A stretch of 62,040 nt of DNA, taken from an uncultured virus (IMG/VR IMGVR_UViG_3300014203_000013). Taxonomy: Duplodnaviria; Heunggongvirae; Uroviricota; Caudoviricetes. Numbering within the stretch: the first letter of the stretch is position 1; each line of letters starts with the position of its first letter. This document shows positions 17,585-27,542 of the stretch, in pieces. The notes beneath the pieces were generated by a model, which had not been told where the DNA came from, did not search any database, and saw nothing but the letters and a program-made list of their open reading frames with translations. A program made the position numbers and the translations under genes. The stretch lies in IMG/VR virus record IMGVR_UViG_3300014203_000013; one strand, 5' to 3'.

Positions 17585-18505
17585 TTAGTCATGAGAAACA
17601 CGACCCTCTCCACAAAGAACATCCAAATTTTTGAGGAAACTTATGAATCCCCATGAAATCAGCATCTTTTTAGTTTCTTCAACATTTGTTTCTTGTATCG
17701 AATAATCTGGAAGTTCAATATTATCCATTTTTTTCAGATCATAGGACAAACCAAGCAAAGTTAGATTTTTCAAAACAGATTCTTCTTTTAACGTACGGGA
17801 TTCTTTTTTAGACAACGCGCTTATGATCGATTCCACATCACCGTATTCTTTGATAAATTTGCGTGTTGTCTTATCTCCACAAGACGGGACACCCGGAATA
17901 TTGTCGCCTCCTTTCCCTTCTCCCACAAAGGCTCCGTAATCCACATATAGTTCAGGATCAAATCCATATTCTCCCATAAACTTTTCTTTTGTCCATACCC
18001 TATGATTTATACAGTCTACAACCTGAACATTCGGCAAAGATAGTGCTTGATAAAAATCCCTGTCACTGCTTATAATGTAACAAGCATGATCTTTATATTT
18101 GTTGACATAACTGAAAATAACATCATCCGCTTCATATCCTTCCACGCTTATTTGACTTACCGCTAGTTTTGGAAGGATTTCCGTTTTAAGATAGGCTATC
18201 TGCACTCCAAGGGTTTCTTCATCTGCTTTTGAAAGAGATTTCCTTTCTTCTTTATACCCTGTCTTTATTAAACCTGCAGCTTTGGCTTTATCGGTCAATG
18301 CTACCCTTCTTTTAGATTTACAATCCCAAACGATGATGACATCAGAATTCGCGTATTCTTTCATCAAAGACAAAATTTGACGTAAAAACCCATAGATAAT
18401 GCTTATTTCCTTACCCGAACTTGATAGTCCTTGTTTTCCGGCCTTAAATCCGAAAAGCATTCTATAGGCCAAATTGTGAGCGTCGATAAGTATAAGATTT
18501 TTCAT
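17585..18505 (-). CDS. 5'-3' exonuclease/flap endonuclease (PolI N-terminal, T4 RNase H-like)
   Basis: LIDAHNLAYR, VWD, YK..R, GYEADDVI, SSDRDFYQ, DNIPGV..CGDKT. Confidence 0.93.
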   Translation of the reverse strand: MKNLILIDAHNLAYRMLFGFKAGKQGLSSSGKEISIIYGFLRQILSLMKEYANSDVIIVWDCKSKRRVALTDKAKAAGLIKTGYKEERKSLSKADEETLGVQIAYLKTEILPKLAVSQISVEGYEADDVIFSYVNKYKDHACYIISSDRDFYQALSLPNVQVVDCINHRVWTKEKFMGEYGFDPELYVDYGAFVGEGKGGDNIPGVPSCGDKTTRKFIKEYGDVESIISALSKKESRTLKEESVLKNLTLLGLSYDLKKMDNIELPDYSIQETNVEETKKMLISWGFISFLKNLDVLCGEGRVSHD

Positions 18506-18532
18506 GTCTAAATTCCTTTTTTAAAATAGGAA

Positions 18533-18563
18533 AAGAGGGTGATAATTTTCATACCACCCTCTT
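18533..18563 (-). terminator. Terminator-like hairpin after recA
   Basis: AAGAGGGTG-N13-CACCCTCTT followed by TTCCTATTTT on the minus strand. Confidence 0.6.
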
Positions 18564-18585
18564 CACTTAATATCCGTCATCTTTT

Positions 18586-21500
18586 TTAGACAACTGAAAT
18601 ATTAGCATCATCTTTTTCTTCTTCAGAAACGATTTCCTTCTTTTCTTCTTCTGTCATTTCCGTGCCTTCTCGTTTGTCGGGAGAATCGGAAATACTGTCA
18701 ATTGCGGCGTTGATTTCTTTCCGTAAGTCAGCATTTCCTCTGACTTCATCGACAACCGTCTGCTGCCCTTGCCATGTTTTCCCGTTAAAACTAAACCATC
18801 CGCCCTTCTTTACGATGATCCCGAGTGAAATTGCCTTTTCCACGCATCCGATGACAGAATCAATTCCGATTCCGAAAGTAATCGTATATTCAGCATTACG
18901 GAACGGAGGAGCAACTTTGTTCTTGATGCAGCTCATTTTAACCTTTACGCCGACAACGGCTTCACCTACCTTGATTTGACCGATACGTGAAAGTTTTGCG
19001 CGGATGTGGGCATAGTGGCGCAATGCTTTACCAGCAGGAGTCGTGGTCTTATCTCCATAGCTGTTATGAACAATCATTCCTCCTGCGATATAAGAATGGT
19101 TTCCGTCAACCTCTATATCGAATTTGTTCCTTTGTCTTTTGGGAGGGACATAAACAGAAACTGACTGAACGGTCCTAGCGACAGGGACAAGTTCTTTCTC
19201 TTTCCGTTCTACGGTCCAATCAAAATCAGGCATCCCTTTCTTTATTTTATATCTCATGTTCGGATGGACATATTTTGAAATTCCACGCTGGAACATCCCG
19301 CTTTGTTCTCCATACCAAACAAGACCAACACCTTCTTTAAACATTGGAAGTCCAAGACCAAGTTCCTCTGATTTTATGGCAATTTTTTCCAAGTCTCTAC
19401 CAATAATTGAGGAAGAACCGATTCTACACTTCCCAAAACCTATTTTTTCATGACTTCCGCTAAAGTTGCCATCATCCATATACCAAATCGCAAAAGATTT
19501 AGGAGAAAGATTGTCTATGTGTTCTTGACTAATTTCTCGCGGAAACTGCTTCTTCCCGAAATCTTTATACTGGTCAAACTCTGAAGATGATTTTGTCTCA
19601 AATTGAGGACGGCCTCTTATATCAAAACGCACTTCTTCGCCGAAAGATTCCGCTTTCCAAGAACAATAATCGGTCTGTTCTTGACAATGAATAAACCTTA
19701 ACGTTCCACGAGGAGAACCCTTGTCATATCTAAGGTTTCCGTCTCCAAACATACTTCCAAGAATAATTTCATGCTGGTCTTTAGAATAATAACTCCATTC
19801 TGGAATCAATACTGATTCTCCTGGTTTAATTTCACTAGCCATCTTTTCTCCATGAGGAACGAAAATAATATGATTAGGGGTAACGTTTATTTTACGAATT
19901 CCTCCCTTACCAAAGCCACATAGAGTTGAAAGCTTAAACTGTAAGAAATGTTCGCCATCTGCCATTGGTCCATTGTCGAACCAATTAGTAACCGTCTTCG
20001 GTTCTATTTTGTTTGAAACAGGATCATATGAAAGAACTTCGCAGTTAATCTTTTGATTAACAAGTTTTCCGATTTCCATGATAGTGCCATCTTTAAGCGT
20101 AATCGGAGTGCTATAATCAAAACACTGTCCAACGGCTTCACGAACTTGGTTTGTACAAAGCAATGTGATGTTATGCTTAGTAATCAGACTATTCAAAACA
20201 CGCATAGCCTGAGAAACCATTCTCGCCTGTTCTGCCATCGTTTGATCTCCGATATCGCCGTTGTCATCACTTTTGGTAGTAAGAGCCGCGATGCTATCTA
20301 TGATGATTAAGCCGATGCCGCAGTCTGATTCCGCCGCGAGTTTGGCGATGTTTAGCGCGTCTGTTCCGGTTTCCGCTTCTGTATGGATGATTCCCTGCGC
20401 CTTAACTCCTAACGCTTCTGCATAGAGAGGATCATAACTATGTTCCGTGTCCAAAAGCAAGATACCCTTTTCAGGATAATTTTCCTGGAAACTCGCGATG
20501 ATATGATAAGCAAGCGTCGATTTCCCGCTGTTATGAACGATAAAGTTATTGGCTACAAAGTTATTGTTAGGGAAATCACACTTAATATCATAAGTTTCTC
20601 GTTCTCCGACATTAATAATTGAAGTTATTTTTGTCTTGGCAGCAATGAAACTCAGATTTTTAAGCTTCATTTTTGAATGATAAACACCATGATCTTTTGA
20701 ATTAATCACCAAAAGATTAGATGCGGTGTTATTGTTCACGTTTTCATCAATGTGATGAACGTGTAGGCCTTCTGGGATGGTTTTAATTTTGTCGATTTCT
20801 TCTTTTGACGCTACGTTTAGAAAGTCTCGGTATTCATCAAACGACATTTGGTTTCTATCTGCTTCAAGAACGGCGTGTGATATTTTTACGCGGTAATATG
20901 TGTAACCATTAATAATTTTTGTTTTCGCATGAGGATGGTACTTAACCAAAATTTCAGGATAATATTCATGATCTTTTTGACCATGTGTTCTTGTGTTATT
21001 GTGAACATAGACTAGATCGCCTATTTTAAGATCAGAAAGAGGCTTAAACCCAGAATCTACCATAAATTTGTGTTCAAGAGTTGACGTAATTTTTTGGCCA
21101 TCCTCTGTAACGACTTCAAAACATGGTTTCTTTCCTGTTTTAACGACTCCGACAACCTTATTATGAATCATTTTCCCTTCGTGGTCGCAAGAAATAACAA
21201 AAAAATCACAATCTTTTTCTTGAAGATGCCTTCCTTGTTTTCGACCTACTGTAATATCCCCGGTAAAACGTTCATAAAGACGCTCTATTGTTCCTCCTTT
21301 CTCATTAATCTGTCTACCGTCCTTCCACGTTTGAAACTTAATAAAAGTATCTTTATCAAGACAAGATTCACCACCGAAGAGCTCAATAATTTTACCTATC
21401 GGTAACCCACCTCCCCACGCCCAGTCGATATCTCGATTTGTAGTCGAAATACGTTCGACATTTGAAACGACGGTTCCTCCTAGCACACCAGCGATATCAT

Positions 21501-21594
21501 GGTTCTCGCCACCCCACTGACTCTTATTTATAAGGTCAGCCAATTTCTGCATGTTCTCAAAGCGCGTAGGCTTTGCTTTTATTTCTTTAGCCAT
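18586..21594 (-). CDS. recA: RecA recombinase with two inteins (about 370 aa after splicing)
   Basis: GGLPIGKIIELFGGES|SGKST, DTEHS, IIDSIAAL, QARMVSQAMR, NQVRE, KNKVAPPFR. Confidence 0.96.
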   Translation of the reverse strand: MAKEIKAKPTRFENMQKLADLINKSQWGGENHDIAGVLGGTVVSNVERISTTNRDIDWAWGGGLPIGKIIELFGGESCLDKDTFIKFQTWKDGRQINEKGGTIERLYERFTGDITVGRKQGRHLQEKDCDFFVISCDHEGKMIHNKVVGVVKTGKKPCFEVVTEDGQKITSTLEHKFMVDSGFKPLSDLKIGDLVYVHNNTRTHGQKDHEYYPEILVKYHPHAKTKIINGYTYYRVKISHAVLEADRNQMSFDEYRDFLNVASKEEIDKIKTIPEGLHVHHIDENVNNNTASNLLVINSKDHGVYHSKMKLKNLSFIAAKTKITSIINVGERETYDIKCDFPNNNFVANNFIVHNSGKSTLAYHIIASFQENYPEKGILLLDTEHSYDPLYAEALGVKAQGIIHTEAETGTDALNIAKLAAESDCGIGLIIIDSIAALTTKSDDNGDIGDQTMAEQARMVSQAMRVLNSLITKHNITLLCTNQVREAVGQCFDYSTPITLKDGTIMEIGKLVNQKINCEVLSYDPVSNKIEPKTVTNWFDNGPMADGEHFLQFKLSTLCGFGKGGIRKINVTPNHIIFVPHGEKMASEIKPGESVLIPEWSYYSKDQHEIILGSMFGDGNLRYDKGSPRGTLRFIHCQEQTDYCSWKAESFGEEVRFDIRGRPQFETKSSSEFDQYKDFGKKQFPREISQEHIDNLSPKSFAIWYMDDGNFSGSHEKIGFGKCRIGSSSIIGRDLEKIAIKSEELGLGLPMFKEGVGLVWYGEQSGMFQRGISKYVHPNMRYKIKKGMPDFDWTVERKEKELVPVARTVQSVSVYVPPKRQRNKFDIEVDGNHSYIAGGMIVHNSYGDKTTTPAGKALRHYAHIRAKLSRIGQIKVGEAVVGVKVKMSCIKNKVAPPFRNAEYTITFGIGIDSVIGCVEKAISLGIIVKKGGWFSFNGKTWQGQQTVVDEVRGNADLRKEINAAIDSISDSPDKREGTEMTEEEKKEIVSEEEKDDANISVV
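19063..20124 (-). mobile_element. RecA intein 2 (354 aa) in loop L2, with a LAGLIDADG endonuclease
   Basis: CFDYSTPI...TPNH...IILGSMFGDG...AIWYMDDG...FDIEVDGNHSYIAGGMIVHN|S. Confidence 0.94.
20530..21363 (-). mobile_element. RecA intein 1 (278 aa) in the Walker A loop, with an HNH endonuclease
   Basis: CLDKDT...STLEHKF...HVHHIDENVNNNTASNL....H...H...TYDI..NFVANNFIVHN|S. Confidence 0.93.
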
Positions 21595-21759
21595 TTGTTT
21601 TATACCTTTACTTCATATTCTTTACGCAATCGGACTGAAATTTACAGGATTGGCATTCTGATTCTTTGGGATCAAAATATCCCCAACAAGGAAAACTTTT
21701 GGCGACAGACAAGCCCAAAGAATCAGAAGCTTCATTCGAGGTCTCTACAGAATTTTCTT

Positions 21760-22740
21760 TTAGAACGGAAGGTCTTCGTCCTGCGGTTCCTGCACCGGAA
21801 TCGTCCTTACCTTCTTGTTTTTTTTTACATCTTTCTTATCTTCTTTTTCTTCTGTATGTTCTTCTGTCTTCTTTCCGGTGTAGCCGCTGAATTCACGAAA
21901 TTCTTCATCCGTCATGTCCAACAATTCACGAAATTCTTCGTGCATAAGAGGATAAATTTTTTCAAAATTCCAGTCTTTCCCGAAAATCTCCGGGATATTC
22001 CAAAGCTTCCATGACTTCTGTTCATCAGTAAGCGGTGTAAACTTCATGGCTCCCTTTTCCATCACTGGAATGGCTTCATAAACCGTTTTCCCTTTTTCAT
22101 CCTTGCCGCGCTTGAGATTAAAATCAATACCGCTTTCAACGTCAGCGATATCTCCACCGGCCATCGTGAAAAGACCTTTAATTCCTGTCTTAAAGACGGA
22201 CATACCGAAACCACCGATCTTGTATCCTTTAACATTAGATTCTGTGCCGTCCGGATTGACGAAAGTATAAGTCGGATCGTTTCTATCAATGATATTCCAA
22301 CGGATTTTTGAAGTAGCATGACAAGCGTTTTTAATCCGTGTATATTTCGCGATATCTTCTTTTGACAAATCTTCATTCTTCAACATACATGAAGCGCGAA
22401 AATTGAGCTTACAGAACGGACAAGACCTCTCCTTTCTGTATTCATCATAAATCATATCCCAATCCAAGCAACACACTTCCCAAGGGATAAAATCACTCCC
22501 TTTCCCTCCGAAGGCGGATTTGGGCATAACACCCACGCTTCCGAAATCATTTGGAGAAAGTCCATGCATGTGAGTTTCGTAGAAATCTCCGACCGCTCGG
22601 ACTGTAGTTGTACCCGGTTCCCATTTTTCATGAACCGTGCCCATTTTCACGTAGCCCTTCTTTTCTCCGGTACCACCGATTTTGCTTCCGTTGTCGGAAG
22701 ACTTTCCTTCACGTTTGTTTAATCTTTCTGTGTTATTCAT
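21760..22740 (-). CDS. Single-stranded DNA-binding protein (T4 gp32-like)
   Basis: H..CC...CPFC Zn ligands, WNIIDR, DI.D.E.G.DF.L.R, acidic tail ending DEDLPF; next to recA. Confidence 0.75.
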   Translation of the reverse strand: MNNTERLNKREGKSSDNGSKIGGTGEKKGYVKMGTVHEKWEPGTTTVRAVGDFYETHMHGLSPNDFGSVGVMPKSAFGGKGSDFIPWEVCCLDWDMIYDEYRKERSCPFCKLNFRASCMLKNEDLSKEDIAKYTRIKNACHATSKIRWNIIDRNDPTYTFVNPDGTESNVKGYKIGGFGMSVFKTGIKGLFTMAGGDIADVESGIDFNLKRGKDEKGKTVYEAIPVMEKGAMKFTPLTDEQKSWKLWNIPEIFGKDWNFEKIYPLMHEEFRELLDMTDEEFREFSGYTGKKTEEHTEEKEDKKDVKKNKKVRTIPVQEPQDEDLPF

Positions 22741-22832
22741 TTTACCTCACTTTGCCGTAAACCGGCCTCTTTTTATTTTACAGGACGCAAAGATGACTGT
22801 CATCCCTGCATATCCCATAATAGATTGTTTTA

Positions 22833-23423
22833 TCAAATTTTATTAAAGCTTTTTTGAACCCTTGACTTGATTGAAGTTTTACCGAAAACAGCATCTTTAT
22901 CATCTATTTTCCGCAAACCTCGTCCGTCGCTTTCAAGGACATTTCCATAAACTTTAATCAACCAGTTCTTTGCGACGAAACCATCATACCATGCTTTAAT
23001 CGTATCCCGATATTCCTCTGCCAAACGGATTTTATTTCTCCAGTCTTCATCTTCATCAATGCCGTTTTCTGTCTTTTTCGCAAGGTCTCTCGAATTGACA
23101 AAGACTCTTGCTTCCTTGGCGGATTCACTTGGTTTGTATGCATCTGGATCATCGCCCATAATCTGTGCCTGCGCTTCAGACTTTTTAATCTTCATCCATT
23201 TATCATAATCTTCTTTCAACTGCTTGACGCAAGCTTCAGCACGACAAAGATGCCATCCATAAAACGTAATGGCTGGCGCTTGGATTAACACATGAGTTTC
23301 AAAGTCATCCTGATCAAGGACAAGAATTCCTGGTTCGGGGCATTCCAGTCTTACTCCTGAAATATCAAATGACTTAAGTTTTTCAATACCGTTATTTAGA
23401 TTCTGAAATAATTCCACATCCAT
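22833..23423 (-). CDS. Helical protein, possibly a UvsY-like recombination mediator
   Basis: Helical/coiled-coil pattern; position just upstream of ssb-recA. Confidence 0.4.
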   Translation of the reverse strand: MDVELFQNLNNGIEKLKSFDISGVRLECPEPGILVLDQDDFETHVLIQAPAITFYGWHLCRAEACVKQLKEDYDKWMKIKKSEAQAQIMGDDPDAYKPSESAKEARVFVNSRDLAKKTENGIDEDEDWRNKIRLAEEYRDTIKAWYDGFVAKNWLIKVYGNVLESDGRGLRKIDDKDAVFGKTSIKSRVQKSFNKI

Positions 23424-24150
23424 TTTCTTTTTCTCCTTCCTTCTGTTTTCCCTGTCGTTCTAGCATCTTCTGTTCTTTAATGGTTTTAATTCTTCGTGAG
23501 AATGATTTTACCATCTCCCTATAGGTTTCCAGATTGATTCCTTTCGCCTTGAAAGACTTGGATGTCTGTACAATTTCTTCTTCCAATAAACTTTCATTCA
23601 ACACCCTTGCTATCCTTACAAGTTCCCTTGCCTTATCAAGCAATGAAACAATTTCGATTTCTTCTTTTTTCTTTTCTTTAATTTCTTCCATCGAATCACG
23701 GTTTTGGAGTTTGAAGGATTGTAAAACCCAAGACTGGCAAGGATTCATAATGCTTTCAACCGTGAATTTCTTTTCCTGAATATAGGATTCAAAAAACCAT
23801 TCGAGGTAATAGTCAATCGGGATTTCATCTTTTTCTAATTTTGACAAAAGATTACCAATCATCTTCGCGCTTTTGTCACCTACCGGAATTTCATAATCAA
23901 TGTCATAAGTGAGTTTGTACCTGTTCTGAAAAATCTTAATGAAAATCTGGCGGCTTCTGTGCTCTTTATAGCGTTCAGTATTGTCAGGGTTTTGACGATG
24001 GAATACATCACGTATAATCGCTTCTTCCATCAGTTTAAAGTAATCCATCGCTTCTTGATTCTGAGTGATGCCAACGCTTCTAAGCATCGTTCTGAGGCTC
24101 GACATAAACACAATCTCAGGTGTGTTCGGATCTATTTCTAAAGCAGACAT
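23392..24150 (-). CDS. Hypothetical protein
   Basis: 252-aa ORF in operon. Confidence 0.7.
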   Translation of the reverse strand: MSALEIDPNTPEIVFMSSLRTMLRSVGITQNQEAMDYFKLMEEAIIRDVFHRQNPDNTERYKEHRSRQIFIKIFQNRYKLTYDIDYEIPVGDKSAKMIGNLLSKLEKDEIPIDYYLEWFFESYIQEKKFTVESIMNPCQSWVLQSFKLQNRDSMEEIKEKKKEEIEIVSLLDKARELVRIARVLNESLLEEEIVQTSKSFKAKGINLETYREMVKSFSRRIKTIKEQKMLERQGKQKEGEKENGCGIISESK

Positions 24151-24199
24151 ACATTTTCACTTTCTAGTCATGTCAAAATAGTTTATCGATTTGTTTTTT

Positions 24200-25153
24200 T
24201 TAGTCATCTGTTTCAACTGATTCTGTCCCTTCCCAAGATCTATATCCGATTTCATACAGAGATATCGCTCTGTTTTTAGACATTTGAAAGGGGCAATTTT
24301 CAAAGAATGGAACTAATTCCATTCTTACGCTTCTTGTTATTCTGATATCCAAGACTTTGATATTCCCTTCAAATTCTGGAAACCAAGACAATGCCTGTCT
24401 CAGCCTGTGCCAAGTCTTTTTCAATTTTCTTACATTCGTTGACATATTCTTCCCAGGAATTCCGTTCCCAAGGATGCACCACCAAAGGGAAGCCGTAAGT
24501 ATTGCCCCGTCTTCACAAGAATAATCAACGGGGAGGTCTCCTTTAAAGTTGGATATTTCTTCCCGATGATATTCTCCATAATCCCCGGTTATACGTATGC
24601 TATCAAGATTCCCCAATGCCCAAGCCAAACAAGCATCCTTTTCAATATCTCCATTCTTCTTTAAAGACAAAAAGTTATCATAAAGAAGCTTTACGTCTTT
24701 CACCGGGAGAAAAAGTCGGCTGGCGATAGTCCCTAGACTATCAACAGTCCAACTTCTGGTTTTTTCCATCCCCGTCACCTCTACAATCGCTTCGTTTTCT
24801 TCAAGATAAGAAATCACCTTTGAAATTTCTATTTCTTTACCTTGGAAAAATGCGAACGTCTTAGAATACAAATGCTGAATATCAGATTCGGTGAATCTGC
24901 CTATTATAGAAAGTCTTGGGAGAAGATAAAAACAAAGGTTCTTCATGTCTGAAAGCGTCGATATAACAGGCATAGATTTTTCCTTCTGTAAGGAATCTTC
25001 TATGACCATATCATCATATGTCAGGATGATATCTGCACAATAGGTTCTGCCGTCCTGTGTGCGGCCTCCGCGTCCGCACATTTGCTTAAGCTCTTGAATA
25101 CCGACAAGTTCCCTGGCTCGTCTTACCCCTGTAATAATTACGTGTTCTGCCAT
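24200..25153 (-). CDS. Ski2/Hel308-like SF2 helicase, C-terminal part (motif VI and downstream domains)
   Basis: MAEHVII...QMCGRGGR, YSKTFAFFQ, SLGTIASRLF. Confidence 0.85.
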   Translation of the reverse strand: MAEHVIITGVRRARELVGIQELKQMCGRGGRTQDGRTYCADIILTYDDMVIEDSLQKEKSMPVISTLSDMKNLCFYLLPRLSIIGRFTESDIQHLYSKTFAFFQGKEIEISKVISYLEENEAIVEVTGMEKTRSWTVDSLGTIASRLFLPVKDVKLLYDNFLSLKKNGDIEKDACLAWALGNLDSIRITGDYGEYHREEISNFKGDLPVDYSCEDGAILTASLWWCILGNGIPGKNMSTNVRKLKKTWHRLRQALSWFPEFEGNIKVLDIRITRSVRMELVPFFENCPFQMSKNRAISLYEIGYRSWEGTESVETDD

Positions 25154-25236
25154 TTTTTGCTTTCCAAGACTTCCTATAAAAAGCGGTCATTGCTGATATG
25201 AATTTGACCACCCGAAGGACAACCAAACAATCCCCG

Positions 25237-25464
25237 TTATTCAGAAAACCAATTTTCAATTTCTTCTAAAGTCAGCTTTCTCAAATCTGAAGAAAGTTCA
25301 ACGAATTCATTTCCAAGAGTATACTTTCCTCTGAATCCCTTTACAATACAGTAGCTTTCATTGTTGGGGATATTCGCGACAAACAAAAAAACGGAATCAG
25401 CGATGTCAGGGAAATTTTCCTTTCCTTGTTCATTGAAACAGACCAATTCGTATTTAGAAAACAT
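25237..25464 (-). CDS. Small hypothetical protein (75 aa) inserted between the helicase halves
   Basis: AAGGAAG RBS before ATG 25464 (MFSKYELV...). Confidence 0.55.
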   Translation of the reverse strand: MFSKYELVCFNEQGKENFPDIADSVFLFVANIPNNESYCIVKGFRGKYTLGNEFVELSSDLRKLTLEEIENWFSE

Positions 25465-25537
25465 TTCTTTCTTCCTTTCGATATCGTGTTTTACACGTTT
25501 TAGAAACCCGAGAAACCATTTCCGGGGTAGCTTAAAT

Positions 25538-26407
25538 TCACAAATTGACGCCTGCCGCGAGAGTTGATGTCGCGACAATCACGTCTATCCCGCTATAGAT
25601 ATTTTCGAACAAATCCTCATACCTCTTCCGTTTACCTTCGGGGAGTGTGGAATTATGGAAAACGGCTCTAATTTTATTCTTTTTCAATTCATTCATAATG
25701 GATTTTCCGACCAACTTTGAATGGACGAAAATTATCGTCTTTGTGTTTTGGTATTCCTTGACAAGTTTGACAGCGGTTTCAATTTCTTTGTACCTTTCCA
25801 CATAATGGTATCTGATATCAAACTTATTGGGAGTCCATTGGCTTTCACAACAGTAAGTAGTCTTTCCTGAAATAATTTTAATCCATTTCGCCAAATCTTT
25901 AGCGTTTGTCAATGTTCCTGAAAGGAATATTATTCTTGATGTTTCGGCGGCTTTTATTACTGCGCTTTCATATGTCTTCCCTCTTTCGGAGTCCCCGACA
26001 AGATGCGCTTCATCGAAGCAAATGCAGGAATATTCGTTGCAATTTTTAATATGCATATCAAAGCTTTCTGTCGTGAAAATGATAATCCTGTCTTTTTCTA
26101 CGAGGTCGCTTAGAGAAGTGCTAGAATCACCGGAAATTACTTTAACACCATATCCGTGGAACTTTTCTTTCCATGATTCCGCTTTCTGATTCGCCAAGGC
26201 TCTGAAAGGACATATGTATGCGACTCTTTGTGAACTTGACTTCAGATGGTAAGCAAAACAAGCTTCTGCTATCGCTGTTTTTCCCGTTCCGGGCTTAAAA
26301 GAAACAATAAGATTACCTTCTTTTTCAACTAGAGGAATAACCTTCGATTGGATAGGATTGAATTCATAAAACGGGAACTTAAAATAAGTAAAATCTTCTG
26401 TTCTCAT
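25538..26407 (-). CDS. Ski2/Hel308-like SF2 helicase, N-terminal part (Q-motif to motif V)
   Basis: FNPIQ, PGTGKT, PFRALANQ, DEAH, LSGT, IIFVHS, FHNS, ATSTLAAGVNL-stop. Confidence 0.9.
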   Translation of the reverse strand: MRTEDFTYFKFPFYEFNPIQSKVIPLVEKEGNLIVSFKPGTGKTAIAEACFAYHLKSSSQRVAYICPFRALANQKAESWKEKFHGYGVKVISGDSSTSLSDLVEKDRIIIFTTESFDMHIKNCNEYSCICFDEAHLVGDSERGKTYESAVIKAAETSRIIFLSGTLTNAKDLAKWIKIISGKTTYCCESQWTPNKFDIRYHYVERYKEIETAVKLVKEYQNTKTIIFVHSKLVGKSIMNELKKNKIRAVFHNSTLPEGKRKRYEDLFENIYSGIDVIVATSTLAAGVNL

Positions 26408-26423
26408 TCTTTAATATATCCGA

Positions 26424-27530
26424 TCATTTCGCTTTCTCCAAAAAAAAATGAATTTGATTTCTGTCTAACTGCTTAGGGTCAACGCCGTCTGGTAATTCAA
26501 CGACTTCTACCGTAAATAGTTTTTCAAGCCGTTCTTTAACTTTTTGGGAAATTTTCCTTCCTGGCCCATCACCGTCAAACATCAATACTACTTTTTTAGG
26601 TGCAAGTTTGGTAAGCAAAAGGATTTGTTCATCATTCATGTATGCGCCTAGTATCGCCAAACTGTTTTTAAACCCCTCCTGCCACAGTTTCATTACTTCT
26701 CTTGCACCTTCAGTAAGGATAATGAAATCTGCGTTTTTTTCACATTCATCATATCCGTAAACAATATCTTTTTTAGAAAAACCAGCATAAAGACCCGGAT
26801 AAACGGTCTTTCTATAATCCTTTTCTTCTAATGTCGGATGAAGTTTTATCCATTCTTGTTTACCGAGAATATCTATCGCAACAAACCCTTCCACCTTTCC
26901 CATCATTATTATCGGAATCGTAGCTCTATTGACATATTTCCCGGTTGTCCTTTCAAACACATGAAAATGTTTGAGTGTGTCAATATTAATGTTCGTTTGT
27001 GGCTTGCCGACAGGAGAAAGAAAATAGTTGATTGCCTGAGAAGAAAGATACCCTGTCTTCATTCCTTTTTCAATTTCATCAACGTATCTTTTTCCCGGAG
27101 TCACGGAGACTTTCTTTGGACAGGATATTCTCTTTAAAAGGCTTTGTGTTCTAAGGAAGGAAATATCATTTTCACTGATATCTCTTCCTGCTAAAAAAGA
27201 GATAGCCTTTTCACAATCTTCTTCTGAAACTCGTTGACTGTTCGGAATCTTGAGAAGCCTAGCTGCAATAAATAAAATATTGCTGCCACGTCCTTCCGTC
27301 TGACAACAGGTTTCCCCCGTATCTGTGTTTATATACCATCTCGGGTCAGAAGGGAGACAACCCTTAAACAACATGTGATCTGGACAAAAACCTTCCCAGT
27401 TCAGACCGGTTGTCTTAGACATTTCGATATTAAGTCGGTCAAGACACAGAGGCAAATCAATGATTTCCATCAACCATTTTATGTCTCTGTATCTTTCCCA
27501 TACTTCTGAACGGTCTTCTTGTTGTGACAT
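26424..27530 (-). CDS. DNA primase (Zn-finger plus TOPRIM)
   Basis: CPDH...CC; ILTEG, VLMFDGDGPG, DPKQL. Confidence 0.88.
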   Translation of the reverse strand: MSQQEDRSEVWERYRDIKWLMEIIDLPLCLDRLNIEMSKTTGLNWEGFCPDHMLFKGCLPSDPRWYINTDTGETCCQTEGRGSNILFIAARLLKIPNSQRVSEEDCEKAISFLAGRDISENDISFLRTQSLLKRISCPKKVSVTPGKRYVDEIEKGMKTGYLSSQAINYFLSPVGKPQTNINIDTLKHFHVFERTTGKYVNRATIPIIMMGKVEGFVAIDILGKQEWIKLHPTLEEKDYRKTVYPGLYAGFSKKDIVYGYDECEKNADFIILTEGAREVMKLWQEGFKNSLAILGAYMNDEQILLLTKLAPKKVVLMFDGDGPGRKISQKVKERLEKLFTVEVVELPDGVDPKQLDRNQIHFFLEKAK

Positions 27531-27542
27531 AAGGGTGTCCCC

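Noticed and set aside
25154..25537. Group I intron or ribosomal bypass in the helicase gap
   Set aside because: I could not identify a group I core by eye, the gap is far longer than the T4 gene 60 hop, and part 2 has its own ATG. Kept only as an alternative to test.
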